Under the pieces are notes generated by a model that saw only the letters and a list, made by a program, of their open reading frames with translations, searched no databases and was not told where the DNA came from. 32,000 nucleotides of DNA from Pseudomonas aeruginosa (GTDB lineage Bacteria > Pseudomonadota > Gammaproteobacteria > Pseudomonadales > Pseudomonadaceae). Of this stretch, positions 1 through 7,434 are shown piece after piece (the first letter of the stretch is position 1; each line of letters starts with the position of its first letter). The translations under genes were made by a program, and so were the position numbers. The stretch spans positions 5,640,001 to 5,672,000 of the forward strand of contig NZ_LN831024.1 of NCBI RefSeq assembly GCF_001457615.1, given 5' to 3'.

Positions 1-1381
1 GTCCCTGCGGCTGCCGGCGACGAACCACGTAATAGGCCAGGTAGCAGGCGGCGATGAAGCCGAAGCCCCAGTACAAGGACGGCCGCTGGGTGGGATCGAG
101 GGCGAGGAAGACGAACAGCGAGCAGCACACGGCGATGCAGGCCAACGGCACCAGCGGGAACAGCGGCGCGGCATATTTCAGCTCGGCGACCGTGCCGCCG
201 CTGGCCATGTACTCGCGGCGGAAGCGGTATTGGGCGTAGGCGATGACGATCCAGGTGACGGTGCCGGACATCCCGCTCACCGCCATCAGCACCATGAACA
301 GGGTGTCGGCGGCGACCACGCTGGTCAGCAACGAGAGCAGGGCGAAGCACAGGGTGATCAGCAACGCGTAGAGCGGCACGCCGCGCGCGCTGAGCTTCGA
401 CAGGCCGCGCGGGGCCATGCCGGTCCTGGACATCGCCCAGAGGATCCGCGTCGAGGCGTACAGGCCCGAGTTGCCTACCGAGAGGATGGCGGTGAGGATG
501 ACGAAGTTCATCAGGTCCGCCGCGTAGGGAATCCCGACCATGTCGAACACCTGCACGAACGGGCTTTCCATCAGCCCGGCCTGTTGCCAGGGAATGATGG
601 CGGAAAGCACGACGATGGCCAGCACGTAGAAGATCAGTACGCGGAACACCACGTTGCGCACCGCCCGCGGGATGCTCTTCTCCGGTCGCTCGGTCTCGCC
701 GGCGGCGACGCCCATGATCTCGCAACCCTGGAAGGCATAGACCACCGTCATCATCACCGCGAACACCGCCGACAGGCCGTTGGGGAACAGCCGCTCGCCG
801 ACCAGGTTGGAGAACATCGGCGCCGGCGCACCGCTCTTCAGTTCGATACCGCCGAAGATCACCAGCCCCCCGACCACGATGAACACCAGGATCGCCGCCA
901 CCTTGATCCCGGCGAACCAGTACTCGGCCTCGCCGAAGGCGCGGGTCGCCAGGGCATTGAGGGAGAACAGCACGACCACGAAGAAACCCGACCATAGCCA
1001 CACGGGCACCTCCGGGAACCAGCGGGTCATGAGCATCCCGGCCGCGGTGAATTCCAGGCCTACCGTGGAGGCCCAGCTCATCCAGTAGACCCAGCCGATC
1101 ATGAAGCCAGTCGCCGGGCCGATGAAACGCGTCGCGTGGGCCTGGAACGAACCGGAGACCGGCATCTGCACCGACAGCTCGCCGAGGCAGACCATCACCA
1201 GGTACATCAGCACCCCGGCCACCAGGTAGGCCAGCACCGCGCCGGCCGGGCCGCCCTGGTTGATGGTCACGCCGGAGCCCATGAACAGCCCGGTGCCGAT
1301 CACCCCGCCGAGGGACAGCATGAAGATGTGGCGGCTCGCCAGGGCCCGGGTGAGTTGCAGCCTTTCCTTGCCGTCAGCCAT
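1..1381 (-). CDS. Amino-acid permease (APC superfamily), C-terminus cut by window edge
   Basis: Reading the minus strand from ATG at 1381 gives MADGKERLQLTRALASRHIFMLSLGGVIGTGLFMGSG..., typical of AAT/APC permeases, with many hydrophobic helices. Strong Shine-Dalgarno (GGAGGTG) just upstream. The track lists only antisense ORFs here because the gene runs off the window. Confidence 0.93.
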   Translation of the reverse strand, partial: MADGKERLQLTRALASRHIFMLSLGGVIGTGLFMGSGVTINQGGPAGAVLAYLVAGVLMYLVMVCLGELSVQMPVSGSFQAHATRFIGPATGFMIGWVYWMSWASTVGLEFTAAGMLMTRWFPEVPVWLWSGFFVVVLFSLNALATRAFGEAEYWFAGIKVAAILVFIVVGGLVIFGGIELKSGAPAPMFSNLVGERLFPNGLSAVFAVMMTVVYAFQGCEIMGVAAGETERPEKSIPRAVRNVVFRVLIFYVLAIVVLSAIIPWQQAGLMESPFVQVFDMVGIPYAADLMNFVILTAILSVGNSGLYASTRILWAMSRTGMAPRGLSKLSARGVPLYALLITLCFALLSLLTSVVAADTLFMVLMAVSGMSGTVTWIVIAYAQYRFRREYMASGGTVAELKYAAPLFPLVPLACIAVCCSLFVFLALDPTQRPSLYWGFGFIAACYLAYYVVRRRQPQG

Positions 1382-1430
1382 GGCGCACCTCCGGATGAGG
1401 GTACGCGCAGGGGTCTTCGAGATGGCTCAT
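1374..1430 (-). CDS. Putative 18-aa leader peptide / uORF (MSHLEDPCAYPHPEVRHG) overlapping the permease start
   Basis: ATG at 1430 with GGAGA Shine-Dalgarno about 8 nt upstream. The TGA stop (1374-1376) lies just inside the permease coding sequence (ATGGCTGA). Confidence 0.35.
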   Translation of the reverse strand: MSHLEDPCAYPHPEVRHG

Positions 1431-1564
1431 TATTCTTGTCTCCACTCTGTCAGAGGCCGTGTCTTGCGCACGGATGAGCGGATTATTGGCGGCGGATGTA
1501 AGACGCCGTTGAACGCGCGGATCGAAGATGTAAAAAGCTGTAAGGAAGTTGTTCGCCGCGCCGC

Positions 1565-3817
1565 TCAACCGGCCGCTGAGTCGGCTTCGCCGAGGAAGCC
1601 GGCGCGGCGCAGGGCCTCGGCGCCGTCGCGGCGCAGGCTACCCAGGCGTGCGCCCCAGGCCCGCGGGTCGACCCCGGCCGCGCCCAGGGCCTCGCGCTCC
1701 AGCTCGCCCAGGCCGGCGCCGAGCGCCACCAGGCCCATGGAGTGGCAGCTTCCGGACAGGCGATGGGCGATGTTCGCCGCCTCGGCCAGGTCCGCCTGGT
1801 CCAGGGCTTCGGCCAGCAGCGGCAACTGCTCGTCCAGGCTTCCCAGCAGGCTGCCCAGCAGTCCGGCGAGCTTGTGCCGCCCCAGCAGGCGGCGGTGGGT
1901 CTCGAGCATTTGCCGGTCCAGCGCGGCGTCCACCGCAAGCGCAGGCACGCTGGTGCCGACCTCGCCCAGCGCGCGGCGCAGCTCGTCCATCCGCAGGGGT
2001 TTGCCGAGCACCCCCTGCATGCCCGCGGCGAAGTACCGACGCACCATGTCCGGCTGGATGCTGGCGGTGAAGGCGAAGATCGGCGTGGCGCGGTTCAGGC
2101 CGTCGAGCTGCCGGCGAATCCCGGCGCAAAGCTCGAGGCCAGCCATCCCCGGCAGGTGCATGTCCAGCAGGATCAGGTCGAAGCGCCGCTGCCGGCACAA
2201 CGCCAGGGCCGGCCCCGCGTCCTCGGCCAGCATCACCCGGTGGCCGTCCCGCTCGAGCAGGCCCTGGGCCACCTCGCGGTTGAGCGCCACGTCCTCCACC
2301 AGCAGCACCTCCAGCGCAGACACCGATGCCGCCGGCGGCGTCGCGCCGGACAAGCTCGCCAGCGCCAGCTCGATCTCGAACCAGAACGTGCTGCCCTGGC
2401 CGACCCGGCTTTCCACGCCGATCCGCCCGCCCAGCGCTTCCACCAGCCGCTTGCTGATCGCCAGGCCCAGGCCGGTTCCGCCGTAACGGCGGGTCACGGC
2501 GTCGCCGCCCTGGGTGAAGCGTTCGAAGATGCGTTCGCGCATTTCCTCGGGAATGCCGATTCCATCGTCCGCGACGCTCAGCCGCAGTCGCTCGCTTCCT
2601 GCGCTGCGCACCAGCCGCTCGACGCGAACGCGCACCTCGCCGGCCTCGGTGAACTTCACCGCGTTGCCCAGCAGGTTGGTCAACACCTGGCGCAGGAACT
2701 GCTCGGCGCCGCGATGGCCGTCATGAACCTGCGGGTCCAGCCACAGGTCCAGCCGCGTGGCGTTCTCCCGCGCCCGCGGTTCGAGCAGGGTGAGGACGTC
2801 CTCGAGCAGGCTTCGCAAGGAAAAGTCCACCGCTTCCGGCACATCCGGCGCTTCCTCCAGCCGGGCGAAGTGGAGGACCTCGTTGAGGATCGCCAGCAGT
2901 CCCTCCCCCGCTGTCGCCAGTGCCCGCAGGCGCTGGCGGTCACGCTCGCCGAGCGATGCCTCGCGCAGCAGCTCGGCCATGCCCAGGATGCCGTTCAGCG
3001 GGGTACGAATCTCATGGCTCATGGTCGCGAGGAAACGGCTCTTCGCCCGGTCGGCGGCTTCCGCCTGGTCCTTCGCCCGACGCAGGCTGGCGGTGCGTCG
3101 CTCGACCTGTCGGCGCAACTCGTCGCGATCGGCATCGCGCCGGCGGCGGTCGGTGCGCAGGGCCTGGCGCATGTCTTCCAGGGCGGCGGCGACGGCGTCG
3201 ATCTCATCGCGCTCGCGGTCCACCTTGTCCAGTCGCAGCGGCTGTTGCAGGTCGCCTTCGGCGATATGCCCGGCGAACTCGGACATGCGCCACAGATGGC
3301 GAGTGACCAGGCTGTGGAACAGCCAACTGAGGGCCACCGCCAGGCCGCAAAGGAAACTGCCCATCCACAAGAGGCTGGCCAGGCCGCCGGAAACCAGCCG
3401 GCGATAGACCGCCGCCAGGTCGATGGCGATCTCCAGCTCGCCCAGTTGCCGACGCTCGCCCCCCGGCGGCTGGTAGCTCAAGGGAAAGCGCTCGACCCGC
3501 AGCATGCCGCGTGGACGCTGGTCGCCCTGCAACAGGTTGAAGTCGGCGCTTTGCAGGCTGACACGGGCGATGTCGGGGAAATCCCCGAGGCCGCGCAACT
3601 GCACGTTCAACTGCTCCTGGTTGAGATCCCACAGGCTGCGCTCGAAGCTGGCCAGGTAGCCGCTGCGGATCAGTTCCAGGCGCGCCTCGATCTCGCGCAT
3701 TTCGCGGCGGTATTCGAAGAACAGCTGCACGGCGCCGGCGAGGACGGTGAAACACAGGCTGAACAGCAGCACCCGCCACAGCAGGCGCCGCGCCAACACT
3801 CCGCCGTGGCCGCTCAC
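1565..3817 (-). CDS. aruS: Hybrid sensor histidine kinase (TM region, HisKA, HATPase, receiver, HPt), AruS-like
   Basis: Contains FLATMSHEIRTPLNGILGMAELLREAS (H-box), GDGIGIPEEMRERIFERFTQGGDAVTRRYGGTGLGLAISKRLVEALGG-type ATPase boxes, a receiver (VLLVEDVALNREVAQGLLERDG...DLILLDMHLPGM) and an HPt motif (AHRLSGSCHSMG). GTG start at 3817 overlaps the upstream stop. The longer track ORF (to 5191) is an open-frame extension. Symbol assigned from gene context with aruR. Confidence 0.85.
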   Translation of the reverse strand: MSGHGGVLARRLLWRVLLFSLCFTVLAGAVQLFFEYRREMREIEARLELIRSGYLASFERSLWDLNQEQLNVQLRGLGDFPDIARVSLQSADFNLLQGDQRPRGMLRVERFPLSYQPPGGERRQLGELEIAIDLAAVYRRLVSGGLASLLWMGSFLCGLAVALSWLFHSLVTRHLWRMSEFAGHIAEGDLQQPLRLDKVDRERDEIDAVAAALEDMRQALRTDRRRRDADRDELRRQVERRTASLRRAKDQAEAADRAKSRFLATMSHEIRTPLNGILGMAELLREASLGERDRQRLRALATAGEGLLAILNEVLHFARLEEAPDVPEAVDFSLRSLLEDVLTLLEPRARENATRLDLWLDPQVHDGHRGAEQFLRQVLTNLLGNAVKFTEAGEVRVRVERLVRSAGSERLRLSVADDGIGIPEEMRERIFERFTQGGDAVTRRYGGTGLGLAISKRLVEALGGRIGVESRVGQGSTFWFEIELALASLSGATPPAASVSALEVLLVEDVALNREVAQGLLERDGHRVMLAEDAGPALALCRQRRFDLILLDMHLPGMAGLELCAGIRRQLDGLNRATPIFAFTASIQPDMVRRYFAAGMQGVLGKPLRMDELRRALGEVGTSVPALAVDAALDRQMLETHRRLLGRHKLAGLLGSLLGSLDEQLPLLAEALDQADLAEAANIAHRLSGSCHSMGLVALGAGLGELEREALGAAGVDPRAWGARLGSLRRDGAEALRRAGFLGEADSAAG

Positions 3818-4590
3818 CAGGCGTCCGCGCGGTTGCCGGCGAGGCGCCGATAGTCGCGCACGCTGTCGTCCAGCCAACGCTGGATGCTGCCGTCGTCGCG
3901 ATAGCCACGCAGGGCCCGGTCGATCTCGTCCATCTTCGCCGCCAGCGGCGAGTGCCGCGAGACCGCCACCCGCAGGTAGTCCACCGTCAGCGGTTCGGGC
4001 AGCGCACGGATGTTCTCGCCGCCGGCCAGGCGCTCGGCGAACAGCGTGCCGGTGCGGCGTTCGTGGGCGATGTAGTCGATGCGCTGGCGCACCAGCTTGC
4101 CGAAGTTCTGTCGGCTGTCGGAAACCCATTCGACGTTGCCGTGGCGGCCGACGAAGCGGTCGAAGTCCGCCCCGTAGCTTTCGCCGAACAACAGCCCGCC
4201 GCGATAGCCGGCGAGGTCGCCGAGGGATTGGATGCGCACCGGCCGCTGGCGGTTGTAGAAGATCGCCACCTCCTCGCGCAGCACCGGCTCGGCGGAAAAC
4301 GCCAGGTCGCGATCGCGCGCGGGCGTGCGGTAGGCCAGTATCAGGTCGACCCGTCCGGCGGCGGCGTCGAGCAGGCAGCGCCGCCAGTTGCCCAGCACCA
4401 CCACCTCGACCCGGTAGCCCAGCGCGCCGAACAGCCGCTTCACCAGCTCCGGCGCCAGCCCCCGGACCTGCTGGCCGTCGCTCCAGGAGATCGGCGGGTA
4501 TACCGGATAGTCGCAATAGCGGATGGTCTCCGCAGCCTGTGCCAGGCCGCCCAGCAGCCATCCGCAGAGCGCCAGCCAGCAGGCCTGCAT
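3814..4590 (-). CDS. Periplasmic solute-binding protein (bacterial extracellular solute-binding family 3)
   Basis: Signal-peptide-like N-terminus MQACWLALCGWLLGGLAQAAE, then IRYCDYPVYPPISW...GLAPELVKRLFGALGYRVEVV, typical of family 3 SBPs. Stop overlaps the GTG start of aruS (GTGA). Confidence 0.85.
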   Translation of the reverse strand: MQACWLALCGWLLGGLAQAAETIRYCDYPVYPPISWSDGQQVRGLAPELVKRLFGALGYRVEVVVLGNWRRCLLDAAAGRVDLILAYRTPARDRDLAFSAEPVLREEVAIFYNRQRPVRIQSLGDLAGYRGGLLFGESYGADFDRFVGRHGNVEWVSDSRQNFGKLVRQRIDYIAHERRTGTLFAERLAGGENIRALPEPLTVDYLRVAVSRHSPLAAKMDEIDRALRGYRDDGSIQRWLDDSVRDYRRLAGNRADAW

Positions 4591-4593
4591 GGC

Positions 4594-5331
4594 TCAGGCG
4601 TCGCTGGCCGCGGCGGTGAACAGGTAGCCGGCGCCGTGGATGGTGATGATCAGTTGCGGTTCGGCCGGGTCGTCGCGCAGCTTGCGACGCAGGCGGCCGA
4701 CCAACACGTCGATGGAGCGATCGCTGGGCAGCCACTCGCGGTTGCGGATCTGGTCCATCAACTGGTCGCGGCTCAGGGTATGCCCGCTGTTGCGCAGGAA
4801 AGCGCCGAGCAATTGGAATTCGCCATGGGTGAGCAGGGTTTCGTTGCCCGCGTGGTCGATCAGGCGGCGCCGGTCGGCGTCCAGCAGCCAGTCGCCGAAC
4901 TGCCTGAGGGCCTGCCGGGCGGGGCCGGCGCTGGCCTGGGCATGGCGCACCCGGCGGATCAGGTTCTTCGCCCGCGACACCAGTTCGCGCGGGTTCAGCG
5001 GCTTGATCACGTAATCGTCGGCGCCGCACTCCAGGCCGACGATGCGATCGATCTCGTCGTTGCGCCCGGTGATCAGGATGATCCCCACCTCGGAGCGCAC
5101 CCGCAGCTCGCGGGTCAGGGTCAGGCCGTCCTTGCCGGGCAGGCGGATGTCCAGCAGCACCAGCTCGACCGGCTGGCCGAGATGGGCGCACTCGGCAAGG
5201 CAGGCTTCCGCCTGCTCGGCGTTGCCGGCGCAGAGGACGTCATAGCCCTCCTCGCCGAGATAGGCCTGGAGAAGCTCACGAATCACCGGGTCGTCGTCGA
5301 CCACCAATACGCGCGGAACCATCGCCATCAC
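4594..5331 (-). CDS. aruR: OmpR-family response regulator, AruR-like
   Basis: Receiver VPRVLVVDDDPVIRELLQAYLGEEGYDV...LVLLDIRLPGKDGL and C-terminal winged helix (LLTHGEFQLLGAFLRNSGHTLSRDQLMDQI...VGRLRRKL). Start codon ambiguous: GTG 5331, ATG 5328 or ATG 5322. Confidence 0.9.
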   Translation of the reverse strand: MMAMVPRVLVVDDDPVIRELLQAYLGEEGYDVLCAGNAEQAEACLAECAHLGQPVELVLLDIRLPGKDGLTLTRELRVRSEVGIILITGRNDEIDRIVGLECGADDYVIKPLNPRELVSRAKNLIRRVRHAQASAGPARQALRQFGDWLLDADRRRLIDHAGNETLLTHGEFQLLGAFLRNSGHTLSRDQLMDQIRNREWLPSDRSIDVLVGRLRRKLRDDPAEPQLIITIHGAGYLFTAAASDA

Positions 5332-5384
5332 CTTGCGCCTCCGGCGGGCCGGGGCGTTTCTTGTTCTGGGTTGTCGGACGGTGG

Positions 5385-5410
5385 GCGGAAGGGGCCGGGG
5401 CGCCTTCCGC
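5385..5410. repeat. Inverted repeat, 8-bp perfect stem (GCGGAAGG / CCTTCCGC, 10-nt loop) between tetR-like gene and aruR
   Basis: Seen directly in sequence. No T-run beside it, so terminator function is uncertain. Confidence 0.4.
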
Positions 5411-5445
5411 TGCCAGCAGCAGCCTATCCACTACTGAACGGACGA

Positions 5446-6093
5446 TCAACAAGCTTCCATCGCACGCCGGAAGCGGCGATGGGCGCCCGCCTCCAGGCCA
5501 TCCACCCAGGCCTCGCAAATCTGCACGCCCTGCCGCGGCGTGAAGGTCGCGGGATTCAGCCCAGACTCCAGCCACAGCCCGTCGAGCAGGGCGCTGAGGC
5601 TGATGGCCGCCAGTTCCGCGTCGAAGTCCGCCCAGCCGCCCTCCTCCGCCAGTTGCCGCAGCACGCCGACCAGCAGCGCCCGGTACTCGCCATAGGAATG
5701 GTCGTGGACCCGCCCGATCGCTTCGATGCTGCCCACCGCACCCCAGAACGCCAGCCAGGCGTCGAGCAATTGCGGATCGAGCAGCTCGGCGGAGAAGGAT
5801 GCCTCGAAGAACGCCGAGAGCCGCGGGCGGGCGCCGCCCGGCGCGGTGTCGATGGCACCGCGGAGCAGGCGCATGACGCGTCCGGTGACCGCCAGGTAGG
5901 CCTCGGCCACCAGCGCGTCCTTGCCATCGTAGTGGTGATTGATCAGGCCCACCGATACCCCGGCCTCGGCGCAGATCTTGCGCACCGAGGCGCCCTGGAA
6001 GCCATGCCGCTTCAGGCAGGCCAGGGTCGCCTCGATCAGCAGCGCCTTGCGCTGCTCTGGCTCCAGACGGGAAAAGCGCACTTCCTGGTTCAT
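5446..6093 (-). CDS. TetR/AcrR-family transcriptional regulator (BetI-like)
   Basis: N-terminal HTH: RKALLIEATLACLKRHGFQGASVRKICAEAGVSVGLINHHYDGKDALVAEAY. Confidence 0.9.
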   Translation of the reverse strand: MNQEVRFSRLEPEQRKALLIEATLACLKRHGFQGASVRKICAEAGVSVGLINHHYDGKDALVAEAYLAVTGRVMRLLRGAIDTAPGGARPRLSAFFEASFSAELLDPQLLDAWLAFWGAVGSIEAIGRVHDHSYGEYRALLVGVLRQLAEEGGWADFDAELAAISLSALLDGLWLESGLNPATFTPRQGVQICEAWVDGLEAGAHRRFRRAMEAC

Positions 6094-6169
6094 CCTTTCG
6101 CGGCTCCTGCTCGTCGCCCGCGACCACCGGCGGGCAGCCCCGATGATCGCAGGTTACGTAGCGCCCGTC

Positions 6170-7261
6170 TCACTGGCTGGCCCAGGCGTTGAAGCGCTCC
6201 TCCAGCTCCTCGCCGTGCTCGACCCAGAATTCGTCGTCCATCGCCAGGCCCTGCTCCAGGTTCGCCGGCGCGGTCGGCACCCAGCTCGCCAGTTGCGCGG
6301 GCAGGCGCTGGGCGGCCTGGCGGTTGGTCGGCCCGTAGGGAATGTTCTCGACGTAGCGCACCTGGGCATCCGGGGCATTGGCGAAGGCGATGAAGCGACG
6401 CGCCTCGGCGCCGCGCTTCGAACCCTTGACCACCGCCCAGTAGTCCATGCCGTACAGGCTGCCCGGCCATACCAGGGCCAGGTTGCGCCCCGCGCGGTGG
6501 GCGTCGGCGATGCGCCCGGTGTAGGTGGACGTCATCACCACGTCGCCGGCGGCCAGCCACTGCGCCGGCTGCGCTCCCGCCTCCCACCACTGGATGTAGG
6601 GCTTGAGCTGGCCCAGCTTGGCGAAGGCACGGTCGGCACCGGCGCGGGTCGCCAGCAGCGGATAGACCTGCTCGCGTGGCACGCCGTCGGCGAGCAGGGC
6701 GAACTCCAGGTTGTAGATCGCCCGCTTGCGCAGGCCGCGCTTGCCGGGGAAGCGCTGGACGTCCCAGAAGTCGGCCCAGGACGCCGGCGGCTGTTGCAGC
6801 CGGTCGGCGTCGTAGCCGATCGCCACGCCCCAGACCAGCGCGGCGGAACCGCATTCCTGGGCGGCATTGGCGATCAACTGCTGCTTGCCGCCGATGGCCT
6901 GCCAGTCCAGACGCTCGAACAGGCCGTCGTCGCAACCGCGCGCCAGGTCCGGCCCCTCGACCTGGACCAGGTCCCAGTCGGCGTGACCGGTGTCGGCCAT
7001 CACCTTGATCCGGGCCATCTCGCCGTTGTACTCGCTCTGCACCACGGGAATCCCGGTCTGCTGCGTGAAGGGCTGGAAGAACGCCACCTCCTGGGCCTTC
7101 TGTCCGGCGCCGCCGTAGCCGACCACCACCAGGCCATCATCGGCCTGGACCGGCGCGAGGCCGCCGAACGCCAGCAGGACGGCGCCGAGCAGGACGCGGC
7201 AAGGAAAAACCGGATGCGGACGGGCGCTGGCCGCGCGGCGCAATGGAAAGGAACGGTTCAT
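6170..7261 (-). CDS. Spermidine/putrescine-type (PotD-like) periplasmic substrate-binding protein
   Basis: Signal-like N-terminus MNRSFPLRRAASARPHPVFPCRVLLGAVLLAFGGLAPVQADDG, then LVVVGYGGAGQKAQEVAFFQPFTQQTGIPVVQSEYNGEMARIKVM. ATG at 7261 has GAGGAG upstream. The track ORF start at 7432 is upstream extension. Confidence 0.85.
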   Translation of the reverse strand: MNRSFPLRRAASARPHPVFPCRVLLGAVLLAFGGLAPVQADDGLVVVGYGGAGQKAQEVAFFQPFTQQTGIPVVQSEYNGEMARIKVMADTGHADWDLVQVEGPDLARGCDDGLFERLDWQAIGGKQQLIANAAQECGSAALVWGVAIGYDADRLQQPPASWADFWDVQRFPGKRGLRKRAIYNLEFALLADGVPREQVYPLLATRAGADRAFAKLGQLKPYIQWWEAGAQPAQWLAAGDVVMTSTYTGRIADAHRAGRNLALVWPGSLYGMDYWAVVKGSKRGAEARRFIAFANAPDAQVRYVENIPYGPTNRQAAQRLPAQLASWVPTAPANLEQGLAMDDEFWVEHGEELEERFNAWASQ

Positions 7262-7339
7262 GTGCGTCTCCTCTTGTTCTTGTTGTGGAGTGGATCGCAG
7301 CGAGCCGCCGGGAAGCGGCCACGGGACAGAAACTATCCA

Positions 7340-7367
7340 GTCGATTTTAAAAAAACAAGTTGATTTT
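7340..7367. promoter_or_regulatory. AT-rich divergent intergenic element with imperfect direct repeat (GTCGATTTT / GTTGATTTT)
   Basis: GTCGATTTT at 7340-7348 and GTTGATTTT at 7359-7367, starts 19 bp apart, in a strongly A/T stretch between two divergent genes. Confidence 0.35.
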
Positions 7368-7434
7368 TTACTGATGGTAAATTCATATCCTGTTTCTGAA
7401 GCGCGCCGCGAGAACAACAAGAAGGACGCCAACC

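Noticed and set aside
1565-5191. Single 1208-aa minus-strand ORF
   Set aside because: Its N-terminal third is out-of-frame translation over the aruR-like and SBP genes. The kinase sequence begins around GTG 3817.
3952-6192. 746-aa plus-strand ORF (and similar long ones: 230..997, 1742..3853, 5939..7363, 11720..12721)
   Set aside because: Low-complexity Gln/His/Arg/Ala-rich translations antisense to well-supported genes; classic high-GC Pseudomonas artefacts.
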